Numbered from the stretch's first letter, positions 34,423 to 44,671 are shown. The stretch is DNA of 64,000 nt from Candidatus Thalassarchaeum sp. (GCA_016777225.1 JADHRW010000007.1:5798-69797), one strand, 5' to 3'. Notes: generated by a model not told the origin, from the sequence alone. A program made the numbers and translations.

Positions 34423-37400
34423 ATGAGAATTACTGGCACATTAATTATGAGGGACTTCAAGAAAGTCGCCAAAGTGCTAATCCCTCAGAGAAAGAATGTA
34501 CATATTGCCGTATTCATTTTGTCCTTACTAATGATTCCGGGTTTTGCTGCTACTTTGACACCAATAGATGTTGAATCATATAATTTAGAATCTCCAGAGC
34601 TAGAGGCTGCAGAAGTCATGAGAGAAGAATTCTCTGGAGCAGGTAATATTTGGGGTTTCGGACTATTCGTTAGAGATTCACAATATTTTGGAGACTCACC
34701 ATCGGAAATTAGTCAAGTTGACGATTTTTCTGGCATTAATACAGGACAAAGTGAACCATTGGGCGGAATCCTAAATCTTTCAGTATTAAGAGAGATAGAT
34801 GCAAAGGCCAATTTCCTTGATGAACATGAAATCTCTGAATATTACTTGTCCTTCGCATCTGAAATCTCAGGTCAACCAATTCTAGGAGTTTTAGATTTAG
34901 CTAATGAATTTAGAGTTTTTATGTCAGACCAGTCTCTATTAACCAAACCACAATTTAACCCAGACACTCTAAGGATGGAAGAAGCGCCTACTAATTGGGA
35001 TGACTGTGGCAATCTAGAATGCTTACCATTCGATGATGAAAATGTCACCCAAGAACATATTGATTTAGCAGCACACAGAATGGCAAATAATAGCAAAGGA
35101 GCATTTCTTAGGTTTCTATCCATTGATAGAGCATTTTTAGAAGATAATAGTAGCACATTAATCGGCCCTATTGGTGGTATTTTAGATGAAAATGGCAGTG
35201 TAAATACTGACACATGGGGTTATGGAAGATGGTCAGCATCATCTGCTTGGTTGATATTAAATCTTGACAGAGAGAGAATGCAAAATGAAGGTTGGACATT
35301 CACTTGGATTAATGCTACTGCTGAATGGGGGTATGATTTCGAAGGAGTAGAACTGTCTACAGATCCAATAAGATATTCGATTGATGAATGTAAAGAAAAA
35401 GAAGAAAATAATCAACCTTTATGTTCAGTTGAATGGTTATATCTGTCAATAGAAGAAGATCTGCGAGAACAAGATGAATTAGTAGTTACTATACTTCTTG
35501 GGGAAGGACCTAATGTAGAAATAAATAGAGAATTACTATCAAGTGCTTATCTGATTGTTTTAATGGCGATTGTTGTAATCATTTTACTTTGGTTAAGTCT
35601 CAGAAGAATTTCAGATGTTTTAATTGTTGGAGTCGGACTAGTACTTTCTCTATTATGGATGCAAGGAATGATAGGTTGGGGAGTTATTTTTGGTGAAAGA
35701 TATGGTTTTGAAATAATTTTTAGATCCCAATTCTCAAATTTACTGCCTATCTTAATTCTAGCATTGGGTATTGATGATAGCTTACATGCATTACATAGGT
35801 ACAAAGAAGAACGAAGGAAAGGGAAAACAAGTGCAATGGCTGCAGAAGAATCGATATCACGTGTTGGAAGAGCCATTTTACTAACATCTTCGACAACTAT
35901 AGTAGCCTTCCTTGCGAATCTAACATCGGATATTGCTGCATTGAGATCATTCGGAATAGAAGCAGGATTAGGTGTTGCTGCTGCTTTCCTCCTAACGGGA
36001 CTGTGGGTTCCATTAGTTAGACTAGATATGGACTTGTGGCTAGCAAAGAAAGGTAAACTAGTAGATGAAAAAGATGGTCAATTACACCTCATTCCTAAGG
36101 AATGGCTGATTAAAGTAACTTCTGAATCCACAAAGAAAGGAATTACTGTTGGAGTTGTTGCAATCATAATCACAATGGGCGCAATACCGTTAATGCTGTC
36201 TCTCGAAGGAGATTTTCAGATTGATGATTTCTTAGATGAGGAATCAGATTTTGCACAAGGGGTGTATTTAGTCAATCAAAGATTTACTGATGGAGAACCA
36301 GGATACATACTTGTGGAAGGAGATATTGCTAATCCAAAAGTCATTGAAGCTATTGGTTTGACTAGAGAGAATATGAATTCACATGATAGAAAAGTAGATC
36401 CCGACCAAATATCAAGAACTCCATCTGGTGAAGTAGAATTAATTGCATTGGATGAAATTTTGATGTTTGTGCAGGCAGCAATGTATGAAAATATCACACC
36501 TTTTGAAGAGGCTGGTTGGGATTCAAATCAAGATGAAGGAGGATTAAATTGTCAAACAATGAGCCTCTTATATCCTGGTGTAGGAATGAGAAATATACCA
36601 ATACTAGAAGATAGAGATTGTTTAGTATTCCTGTATGGCTTTATTCTGACTAGAGGAGTTCCTGCAAGTGGAGGTTATCCAGCCTTACCGCCTTCAATTA
36701 CATCAGAATATATTCAATCTGAACTCGACTTAGACTATGAGAGACCATGGTTAGACATTTCTGGAGAAACTCCGCAATATGTAAGAATGACAATGCGTTT
36801 TGGATTATCTAATGCTGAACAATTTGCTAAGGTAGGACCAGCATTAGAACAATTGGTCAATGATCTATCGCCTTTCCAAAACTTATCTCAAACTGATTTA
36901 GTAAAGAGAGGTAATATAGAGACAGCATTCACTTCGGAAGAATATCCAGTGACATGGGCGATACCAACCGGCGACCCGGTGATTAGATTTGTAGCAGCAG
37001 ACTCTATGCAGAATGAAATGCAATCAACACTTTTGTTAGGTATTGTATTCTGTACAATAACACTATGGTGGGGTTTTAGAGATGAAGATACTCTCAGTCA
37101 AAGAACTAAGACTATGAAGAAAAATAAATTATCGTATTCAATGAAAACTATAGCAGCGATGACCTTTATGGGAGGAATAATGTTCTTCCTAGTAAGTCCA
37201 GAAGCAGCTGTAGGATTTGCAATATTAACTCTAGCCTTGAGTATATTTTGGGGAATATCTGGTTTCGGAATTGCAGTAATGACTACTACACCTATATTCT
37301 TAGTGATAATATGGCTATATGGAATGATAGAAGTTGCAGGATACGGATTGAACATGGTGACGGTTGCAATTGCAGCAATGTCACTTGGAGTAGGGATTGA

Positions 37401-37680
37401 TTATGTCATACATGTAGTAGAAAGGTACCGTGAAGAACAAGAAAATGGACACGATACTATCGCTGCTATCGAAATTGTAGGAGGTGCTTCTGGACTTGCA
37501 CTATTTGGATCCGCATTATCTGACATAGGAGGATTCCTAGTAATTACGCAATCAAGTATGGGATTCTTCTCGACTTTCGGATTATTCTGTGCAATAATGA
37601 TAGGATTATCATTATTAGCAAGTATGATATTAACTCCCGCACTAATAGGAATAGTTCAAAGAAAGAAAATATCAGTTTGA
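34423..37680 (+). CDS. RND-superfamily (MMPL/SSD-type) exporter
   Basis: 1085 aa with two blocks of ~6 helices, each preceded by a large loop. 'LALGIDDSLH' and 'LGVGIDYVIH' are duplicated RND/MMPL motifs. Confidence 0.7.
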   Translation: MRITGTLIMRDFKKVAKVLIPQRKNVHIAVFILSLLMIPGFAATLTPIDVESYNLESPELEAAEVMREEFSGAGNIWGFGLFVRDSQYFGDSPSEISQVDDFSGINTGQSEPLGGILNLSVLREIDAKANFLDEHEISEYYLSFASEISGQPILGVLDLANEFRVFMSDQSLLTKPQFNPDTLRMEEAPTNWDDCGNLECLPFDDENVTQEHIDLAAHRMANNSKGAFLRFLSIDRAFLEDNSSTLIGPIGGILDENGSVNTDTWGYGRWSASSAWLILNLDRERMQNEGWTFTWINATAEWGYDFEGVELSTDPIRYSIDECKEKEENNQPLCSVEWLYLSIEEDLREQDELVVTILLGEGPNVEINRELLSSAYLIVLMAIVVIILLWLSLRRISDVLIVGVGLVLSLLWMQGMIGWGVIFGERYGFEIIFRSQFSNLLPILILALGIDDSLHALHRYKEERRKGKTSAMAAEESISRVGRAILLTSSTTIVAFLANLTSDIAALRSFGIEAGLGVAAAFLLTGLWVPLVRLDMDLWLAKKGKLVDEKDGQLHLIPKEWLIKVTSESTKKGITVGVVAIIITMGAIPLMLSLEGDFQIDDFLDEESDFAQGVYLVNQRFTDGEPGYILVEGDIANPKVIEAIGLTRENMNSHDRKVDPDQISRTPSGEVELIALDEILMFVQAAMYENITPFEEAGWDSNQDEGGLNCQTMSLLYPGVGMRNIPILEDRDCLVFLYGFILTRGVPASGGYPALPPSITSEYIQSELDLDYERPWLDISGETPQYVRMTMRFGLSNAEQFAKVGPALEQLVNDLSPFQNLSQTDLVKRGNIETAFTSEEYPVTWAIPTGDPVIRFVAADSMQNEMQSTLLLGIVFCTITLWWGFRDEDTLSQRTKTMKKNKLSYSMKTIAAMTFMGGIMFFLVSPEAAVGFAILTLALSIFWGISGFGIAVMTTTPIFLVIIWLYGMIEVAGYGLNMVTVAIAAMSLGVGIDYVIHVVERYREEQENGHDTIAAIEIVGGASGLALFGSALSDIGGFLVITQSSMGFFSTFGLFCAIMIGLSLLASMILTPALIGIVQRKKISV

Positions 37681-37694
37681 AACTAATATTAATT

Positions 37695-39902
37695 TCAATC
37701 TTGGTAGTTATCTTCGCCAGGTACTTCTACTTTCAGACCCTTTCTCTGTCTAATTTCAGCAGTAACTTTGTGGAATAGAGCTGCAGGAAGTTGAACGAAA
37801 CCTGCATTCTCAGTGTTCCAAACTGCTCTACCCTGACTTGCTGCTCTGATGTCATTTGAGAAGCCGAAAGATTCTGCAACTGGCATTTTACCAATTACAC
37901 TTGCAGTTCCACCGTCAACAGGCATGTCTTCGATTATTCCACGACGTGTTGTTAACTCACGAGTGACTCCACCAATTACATCGTTAGGGGCGTCGATACG
38001 AATATTCTGTATAGGCTCAAAGATTACAGATCCTGATCTAAGAACTGCACCCTTAACCGCATTACGAACTGCAGGAATTGTTTGTGCAGGACCACGATGA
38101 ATTGCATCTTCGTGGAGTTTAGCATCAACTAGACGGACTAATACACCCATCAATGGTTCTTCTGCAGTAGGACCTTTCTTACATACATCATTGAAACCTT
38201 CAATCATAAGTTCTCTTGTTTCGTGAAGATTTTGAATACCTTTAGTATCATTGACAAAGACATTTGTTCCATGGATAGCATATATCTTTCTCATCAAATC
38301 TTTGTCCATTCCAAACTCAGCAAATTTATTACCAGTCTCTTTAGCATCTTTTGTTCTAACAGGCCCATCACCAAATTGACCTTCTCTTAGCGCATTGATA
38401 ACATCTTGAGGTAAAGGTTCACACTCGATATAGAATCTGTTATGCCTATTTGGAGATTTACCTTCAAACGGACGTCCACTATTATTACGTTCAATGGATT
38501 CACGATATACTACAATTGGCTCACTGACCTTTACTTTGATATTCTGTTCCTCTTGCATACGGAAAATTGTAATCTCAAGATGCAATTCTCCCATACCTGC
38601 CAATAGAGCTTCTCCAGTTTCCTGATTTGTTGTAACTTGTAAAGATGCATCAGCCTTAGCAAGACCACGAAGAGCATCAATGAATTTAGGTAAGTCTTTC
38701 ATTGATTTTGGTTCGACAGCTACTGTAACAACAGGTTCTGAATAATGCCTTATTGCTTCGAATGGGGTTGCATCTTGATCTCTAGAGATCGTTACACCAG
38801 CTGCTGCACTACGTACACCAGTTAATGCCGCAATATTTCCTGCAGATACTTGAGACACTTGGATTCTATCTCCACCCACCATCATACTGACTTGCTGGAC
38901 CCTCTCAGGTTTAGCCGCACCAATTGCCCAAACAGTTTCACCATGTTTAATTGAACCAGAATAAACTCGTCCTACAGCTACTTCTCCTGCGTGAGGATCC
39001 ATCCAGATTTTTGTAATCATTAATTGAAGTGGCCCGTCTGGGTCTGTGTTAAGCATTGATTGACCAACTTCGGACTCTAAGTCTCCTTGCCAAATATTAG
39101 GGATACGATATTTCTGAGAAACTAGTGGTGAAGGAAGCTCTCCTACAGCCATGTCAAGTAAGACACGGTGAACTGGTGCTTTCTTAGCTAATTCTTTTTG
39201 TTCATCATTATGACAGTGTTCAAAAATATCTGTAAAGTTCAATCCTGATTTCTTCATGTAAGGAATTGACATTCCCCAATTATAGTAAGCTGAACCAAAA
39301 GCAACTGTTCCTTTCTGAACAGAAACTTGCCATTCTTTAGCAAGTTCAGCAGGAGCGAATGTTTCAATCAACTTATTGACTTTAACAATGATTTTCTCGA
39401 ATCTCTTCATCATTTCTGGACCATCAATTTGTAATTCATTGATTAATCTATCAACTTTATTGATGAATAATACCGGGCGTACTTTTTCTTTCAATGCTTG
39501 ACGTACAACAGTTTCTGTCTGAGGCATAGTACCTTCAACAGCACAGGCAAGGATGATACAACCATCAACTGCTCTCATTGCACGAGTAACGTCACCGCCG
39601 AAATCAACGTGACCAGGAGTATCGATTAAATTAATGAGATAATCGTCACCTTCAATTTCGTGAACCATTGACGCACTTGCTGCATTAATGGTAATTCCAC
39701 GCGCACTCTCTTGTTGATCGAAATCAAGTACTCTTGATTTACCTGCCAAATCTTCTGACATCATACCCGCGCCAGCAATTAGATTGTCAGACAAAGTAGT
39801 CTTCCCATGATCAATGTGTGCTGCAATTGCAAGATTTCTAATTTTTTCTCTAACGTGCATTACTTCTGTTGCTCGCTTTATGTTGTCCTCTTTACGACCC
39901 AT
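37695..39902 (-). CDS. fusA: Translation elongation factor aEF-2
   Basis: GTPase motifs 'AHIDHGKTT', 'DTPGHVDF' and 'NKVDR'. The diphthamide-site region is 'DAIHRGPAQ'. SD AAGGTGAT lies before the ATG. Confidence 0.95.
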   Translation of the reverse strand: MGRKEDNIKRATEVMHVREKIRNLAIAAHIDHGKTTLSDNLIAGAGMMSEDLAGKSRVLDFDQQESARGITINAASASMVHEIEGDDYLINLIDTPGHVDFGGDVTRAMRAVDGCIILACAVEGTMPQTETVVRQALKEKVRPVLFINKVDRLINELQIDGPEMMKRFEKIIVKVNKLIETFAPAELAKEWQVSVQKGTVAFGSAYYNWGMSIPYMKKSGLNFTDIFEHCHNDEQKELAKKAPVHRVLLDMAVGELPSPLVSQKYRIPNIWQGDLESEVGQSMLNTDPDGPLQLMITKIWMDPHAGEVAVGRVYSGSIKHGETVWAIGAAKPERVQQVSMMVGGDRIQVSQVSAGNIAALTGVRSAAAGVTISRDQDATPFEAIRHYSEPVVTVAVEPKSMKDLPKFIDALRGLAKADASLQVTTNQETGEALLAGMGELHLEITIFRMQEEQNIKVKVSEPIVVYRESIERNNSGRPFEGKSPNRHNRFYIECEPLPQDVINALREGQFGDGPVRTKDAKETGNKFAEFGMDKDLMRKIYAIHGTNVFVNDTKGIQNLHETRELMIEGFNDVCKKGPTAEEPLMGVLVRLVDAKLHEDAIHRGPAQTIPAVRNAVKGAVLRSGSVIFEPIQNIRIDAPNDVIGGVTRELTTRRGIIEDMPVDGGTASVIGKMPVAESFGFSNDIRAASQGRAVWNTENAGFVQLPAALFHKVTAEIRQRKGLKVEVPGEDNYQD

Positions 39903-39960
39903 ATTATCACCTTATGATAGTCGCCCGACCCAACTTCGGTTCATAAAGCCGATTGTATCA
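39903..39960 (-). promoter_or_regulatory. aEF-2 5' leader carrying a motif shared with the rps12 leader
   Basis: The minus-strand sequence is TCGGCTTTATGAACCGAAGTTGGGTCGGGCGACTATCATAAGGTGATA-ATG. CTTTATGA can pair with TCATAAGG, which abuts the SD. Confidence 0.35.
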
Positions 39961-40009
39961 CTACGTGATACAAGCTTAACTATCGAGTAGTTAGGAAAGG
40001 CGAAAATTA

Positions 40010-40618
40010 TCATCGAGCAGAGGAAGCGATTCTTTCAACTTCTTCTCTCTTACCAACTGCAAAAGAGCCCACGTCTCCGCTAGCAGCTTTAGAGAGTTCA
40101 GAAACAATACCTTGCGTAAGAGTTTTCTTACTCTTAGCAGTAGCAGATGCACAACCGATTCCAAGATTTCTTAGAGCAATATCTAAACGACGGCTTGGAG
40201 AAGAATCTACAGCCTTAGGTGCACTAACTGCACCCATCTTTATTCTTGTAGTTTCTTCACAAGGAGCGGATTCAATAATTGCATTAATGAATGTTTGAAG
40301 AGGATTCTCGTCACTACGCTCTGAGATAATACCTAATGCATCTTCAAAAGCCTTAGCACAGTGTTGTTTCTTACCAGAAAATCGACCAGATCTCATTAGA
40401 TTGTTAATGAATCTCTCAATAACTGATAATTTTGCTTTGCCAAACCAAGAATTAGCATGTCGGCCACCACTGTGTGGGGTTCCAATAGTTGTCAAATTGA
40501 TGTATGGTGCTAGACCAGGATCTGAACATGTAATGTCTGAAGCGTCCCATTGTCCGAAAACCATGGTACCAATTCCTGCAATAGGAGCATCTTGTGTAGT
40601 TTGAATTTCTTCTGACAT
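40010..40618 (-). CDS. rps7: 30S ribosomal protein S7 (uS7)
   Basis: Typical archaeal uS7 length and sequence ('RLDIALRNL', 'ERIASSAR' C-terminus). It sits between S12 and EF-2. Confidence 0.9.
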   Translation of the reverse strand: MSEEIQTTQDAPIAGIGTMVFGQWDASDITCSDPGLAPYINLTTIGTPHSGGRHANSWFGKAKLSVIERFINNLMRSGRFSGKKQHCAKAFEDALGIISERSDENPLQTFINAIIESAPCEETTRIKMGAVSAPKAVDSSPSRRLDIALRNLGIGCASATAKSKKTLTQGIVSELSKAASGDVGSFAVGKREEVERIASSAR

Positions 40619-40627
40619 AAATACACC

Positions 40628-41068
40628 TCATCGAACTGGCTTTTCTTTGCGACCACGAACCATCTCGTCTAGAGATACGCCGTTCACCTTTATTACTTTG
40701 TAACGAACACCGGGAAGATCTCCCATAGACTGACCTCTTGGACCGCCTATACCTTCTACTAATACTTCATCGTGCTCATCAATAAATGAAATTGCACCAT
40801 CACCAGGAGCAAACGCTGTAAGTTTGTTACCTGTTCTGATAAGAGAAATTTTTACTGCCTTACGGATACCAGAATTTGGTTGTTTAGCCTCGAAACCTAC
40901 TTTTTCGATAACTATTCCTTTAGCTTGCGATGAGCCTTTTAGAGGATCGTGCTTCAATACTCCGCCTTGACGACGCTTGATCTCTCTGTCACGGAATCTC
41001 TTCTCCTTCCAACGATATTTACGACGGTCACTTTTCATCTTCGATCCGGAGAAAAGTCCTCTACCCAA
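40628..41068 (-). CDS. rps12: 30S ribosomal protein S12 (uS12)
   Basis: '[15 protein letters not shown]' and '[18 protein letters not shown]' are present. TTG start preceded by AGAGGTG. Confidence 0.9.
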   Translation of the reverse strand: MGRGLFSGSKMKSDRRKYRWKEKRFRDREIKRRQGGVLKHDPLKGSSQAKGIVIEKVGFEAKQPNSGIRKAVKISLIRTGNKLTAFAPGDGAISFIDEHDEVLVEGIGGPRGQSMGDLPGVRYKVIKVNGVSLDEMVRGRKEKPVR

Positions 41069-41127
41069 TTAATACACCTCTTATGACATCCCGCCGACCT
41101 ACCTTTGGTATAAGAGCATGACGGGAA
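41069..41127 (-). promoter_or_regulatory. rps12 5' leader carrying a motif shared with the aEF-2 leader
   Basis: The minus-strand sequence is CATGCTCTTATACCAAAGGTAGGTCGGCGGGATGTCATAAGAGGTGTATTAA-TTG. CTCTTAT pairs with ATAAGAG, which overlaps the SD. Confidence 0.35.
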
Positions 41128-41175
41128 CGCACTAGGTAGAAGTTTGACACTAATACTCATTTTCTATCGCTAACA

Positions 41176-42477
41176 TTGAAATTGAATCGACATTGGGTTG
41201 TTAACATGGCGTTCCGCGATTTACTTGTTGATGTTGAAAATATTGGTACTGAAACTAGCGTAATACATGGAATAATGAACAGCTCAAAGCAAATGAACCA
41301 TCGACCACTTGTTTTTTCAAACCTAACAGAAGCTCCCGGACATTCTGCTGCACTTAACGTACTAACTAGAAAAAGAATCTGTGAAACTTTTAACGTAAGT
41401 CCAGGTGAACTTATCGATATTTTGGCTTGGGCAATGAATAACCCATGTGAACCCGAAATTATAGATGCAAATTTAGCGCCAGTTATGGCTAATACAATGG
41501 AAGAAGTAGATTTAGAAAAAATTCCAATCCCATGGCATTATCCCGAAGATAGAGGAAGATACCAATCTGCATCCGTAATCATAGCTCAGTATAATGGAAT
41601 AAGAAATATGTCATTCCATAGACAATTCCTGAGAGATGGGAAGCATACGGTATCGAGGTTTGTCCCTAGACATCTAAGGACAATGACCGATCTTGCAGCA
41701 AGTGATGGAGAGGGCGTCGATATTGCAGTAGTAAATGGTGCAGACGCTGTTGTATTGTTAGCAGCAGCCATGTCATTTACTGTAAATCTAGACGAATTGA
41801 CTGTAGCAGCTGCATTACACCAAAAATTACACGGAAAACCACTAAAATTAGTTGAATTAGCTAATGGAATACAAGTTCCAGCTAATGCAGAATATGCAAT
41901 GCAAGCAAAAATAACTCTAGAAAGAGATGACGAAGGACCTTATGTCGACATTACAGGAACTGTTGATGATGTAAGACAAGAAAATGTGATACAGTACAAT
42001 GCGATACATCACAGGAATAATCCTGTATTTCATGCACTCATACCAGGAGAAGTCGAGCATAGAACACTAATGGGTATGCCAAGAGCACCTACAATCAAGA
42101 ATGCTGTATCAGAAGTAGTCCCTTGTAGTGATGTATACCTTACAGATGGTGGCTGTGGTTGGCTATCATCAGTTGTACAAATAATCCCTCAGAAAGAAGG
42201 AGATGGTGTGAAAGCAATTCATGCTGCTTTACAAGGGCATCCTTCAATGAAACAAGTAATAGTCGTAGATGAGGATATAGATACGTCAGATCCGGTAAGA
42301 GTTGAATGGGCACTAATGACTCGGTGGCAACCTGACAAAGACACCATCATACTTTCAAATCAAAAAGGTTCGAGTTTAGACCCTAGTAGATCAGAAGATG
42401 GTTTGACGAGTAAGATAGGGATGGATGCAAGTTTACCCCCCGGAATAGACAAATCACCTTATGAATCAGTACTTTGA
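41176..42477 (+). CDS. UbiD-family (prFMN-dependent) decarboxylase, short form
   Basis: UbiD-like sequence throughout ('RNMSFHRQ', 'GPYVDITG', 'AIHAALQGHPSMKQVIVVDEDID'). It is ~423 aa from the likely start MAFRDL (41206). Confidence 0.75.
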   Translation: MKLNRHWVVNMAFRDLLVDVENIGTETSVIHGIMNSSKQMNHRPLVFSNLTEAPGHSAALNVLTRKRICETFNVSPGELIDILAWAMNNPCEPEIIDANLAPVMANTMEEVDLEKIPIPWHYPEDRGRYQSASVIIAQYNGIRNMSFHRQFLRDGKHTVSRFVPRHLRTMTDLAASDGEGVDIAVVNGADAVVLLAAAMSFTVNLDELTVAAALHQKLHGKPLKLVELANGIQVPANAEYAMQAKITLERDDEGPYVDITGTVDDVRQENVIQYNAIHHRNNPVFHALIPGEVEHRTLMGMPRAPTIKNAVSEVVPCSDVYLTDGGCGWLSSVVQIIPQKEGDGVKAIHAALQGHPSMKQVIVVDEDIDTSDPVRVEWALMTRWQPDKDTIILSNQKGSSLDPSRSEDGLTSKIGMDASLPPGIDKSPYESVL

Positions 42478-42486
42478 GGCTATAAA

Positions 42487-43470
42487 ATGATTAATAGCGA
42501 CATAAAAGAAAAGTTGCAACATCCAAGAAGAAGCCTTGGAAATAGGCATAGAAGTCAAGCTGAAAAGTTTCTCAAAATATCAAATGATGAAAGTAATCTT
42601 AACTGGGCAGACCAGAGTGCTAAACAGGCAATTCTGTATGATTTTACTAATCCTGAAAATTGGATTACTCTTACAAAAATAAAGATATTAAAAAAAGACA
42701 TAATTGGAATAAGAGCTGTATTAGAAGAATTATTCACGATACTTGGTAGAGATCCTGAGTTACTTAATCAATTAAAGAACGTAGATTTAACACATAATGG
42801 GATGGATTTACTACATGCTGGACTTAATATTGACCCACTAGATCCCGATAAATGGGCGAAAGAGGTCTTGGCTGATGAAAAAGCAGTTGAGAAATTTTGC
42901 TTGAGAGTTGAATCTTTAGATTTGAGAGATGTGAGAGCAAACGTTCTATTCTCAAGAAGAATTGAGAGGTTGAGAGATAATGGAGATGAAGATTTGTTTA
43001 TCCATCTCTCTAGAATTATTTTAGCTCAGAGACCATCTAATCATGAAACTTGGAATGAGTTAGGAAAATTACATGAGAGAAGAGGAGAATATGATGATGC
43101 TTGGTTCTGCTATGATCAAGCACAAACATATTTCCCTACTTTAGAAGTAAGAGATAGGTACAAGAAAAGAATGGAAGCAAAAATGGATGGTGGCAAAATC
43201 ATTCCTTGGAAAGAGCCAAAAATCAAGAATAGAGTTGATTTCTTGAAGAAAATGGAAGATATGGCGTCGCCTAAGAACTATACTGAAAACCTCGAAATTC
43301 TCGACTTAGAAGAAAAAGGGTTAGATGTATATCAGAAAATAACTGATTTGAGAGAGATGAATAATCTTTCAGGAGCATTTTTCTTATCTAGGCAATTAGC
43401 AGCTGAGGGAGATGAAAGAGGAATAAAATTAGTTAAGGAAATCATGGAGGATATGTCAGATGAGATCTGA
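42487..43470 (+). CDS. Hypothetical helical/TPR-like protein
   Basis: 327-aa ORF 10 nt after the UbiD gene. It has one clear TPR-like unit ('HETWNELGKLHERRGEYDDAWFCYDQAQTYFP'). Confidence 0.45.
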   Translation: MINSDIKEKLQHPRRSLGNRHRSQAEKFLKISNDESNLNWADQSAKQAILYDFTNPENWITLTKIKILKKDIIGIRAVLEELFTILGRDPELLNQLKNVDLTHNGMDLLHAGLNIDPLDPDKWAKEVLADEKAVEKFCLRVESLDLRDVRANVLFSRRIERLRDNGDEDLFIHLSRIILAQRPSNHETWNELGKLHERRGEYDDAWFCYDQAQTYFPTLEVRDRYKKRMEAKMDGGKIIPWKEPKIKNRVDFLKKMEDMASPKNYTENLEILDLEEKGLDVYQKITDLREMNNLSGAFFLSRQLAAEGDERGIKLVKEIMEDMSDEI

Positions 43471-43864
43471 TAAGCCATGGGTTGTTGTTTGGGCAGTACC
43501 GAAAAATCCTATGGATGTACCATGTTGGATGATGGTAAAACATGCAGAAAGAGGATGGGAGTTACCTGGAGGCGAACTACTTGAATCAGAAGAGAATGAT
43601 ATCGCTGCTTTGAGAGAACTCTACGAAGAAACCGGTTGTTTAGGTATCGCAATTGCAGAAGATGATTCTATTATTGAGGGAGGAGTTGTTGTTCTAGTAC
43701 AACTTGATATTGACCCTGTACCCGATGGGTGGATGTCAGAAGATGAAAAAATAGAAGAGGTAGGATGGTGCATAGAAATACCAGATGAATTATTCTGGGG
43801 TACTGATGAAATAGAGAAACTAATCGCTCATGATTGGAGTACATCCAAAACATTAGGGTCTTGA
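43460..43864 (+). CDS. Nudix hydrolase
   Basis: Complete Nudix box 'GGELLESEENDIAALRELYEETGC'. It overlaps the upstream ORF by 11 nt. Confidence 0.7.
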   Translation: MRSDKPWVVVWAVPKNPMDVPCWMMVKHAERGWELPGGELLESEENDIAALRELYEETGCLGIAIAEDDSIIEGGVVVLVQLDIDPVPDGWMSEDEKIEEVGWCIEIPDELFWGTDEIEKLIAHDWSTSKTLGS

Positions 43865-44658
43865 ATTTCATCGATTCTTTCTACTAGTATTTCTTTCCAT
43901 AGACTAAATTTAAGTATATTTGATGAATCAATAATCAAACCTATATCATTCCTATTTTCACCTGAGAGATCTCTTGTTAGAATAGGAAATAATTCTTCTA
44001 CTATCAATTTAACATCTTTAGGATTAGACGGAATCCAAGTCGCTTCGCCTGTTTCTCTTGGTGCAGCATTAGCCAATCTATTTTCCATATCTGGTGCAGA
44101 ATCCGACACCTCTTCCAAAGCCAAATCAAGCCATTCAAGAGATGCAACAAGACTTTCCGAAGACATTTTATTTCTTTGAAAACTCTGTCTTGCCGACCAA
44201 AAGTGTCTCATCGCAGGATCTAAATCATTTAATGTAACATATATTCTTGCTGCCTCTAATCGTGAAAGACCAACTATATCTTCGGGATGACCCAAATCTT
44301 TCCTTATATCCGCATGAACTATTAGAGACATTATTGATTCCCCGCTATTCCTATGCCAATTTGCTAAATTAAGCAAAGCAAGACCGTGTAATGCTGTACC
44401 CGAGCATAATGCATTAAGACGGTCTACACACCACTTTAATTCAGCCCCAACTAAATTAGCATCAATGATACCCAATAATGCACGGTCCATCCTAACTCTA
44501 GCTTCGACATGGTGATCTCTCTCGCCAGTAGAGCGTGAGCGATTCAATAAATCTTCAGAAAGTTCTGCTATATTTTCTAAATTACCTTGAGATATTCTCT
44601 TTTGCAGTATGAGCATGTCAATTTGCAAAGGAGTAGCATCCCCAATTGAATCAACCAC
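43828..44658 (-). CDS. Hypothetical protein (276 aa)
   Basis: Long ORF with no recognised motif. It is last in the minus-strand series after prefoldin beta. Confidence 0.4.
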   Translation of the reverse strand: MVDSIGDATPLQIDMLILQKRISQGNLENIAELSEDLLNRSRSTGERDHHVEARVRMDRALLGIIDANLVGAELKWCVDRLNALCSGTALHGLALLNLANWHRNSGESIMSLIVHADIRKDLGHPEDIVGLSRLEAARIYVTLNDLDPAMRHFWSARQSFQRNKMSSESLVASLEWLDLALEEVSDSAPDMENRLANAAPRETGEATWIPSNPKDVKLIVEELFPILTRDLSGENRNDIGLIIDSSNILKFSLWKEILVERIDEIQDPNVLDVLQS

Positions 44659-44671
44659 AGAAACACCTCTC

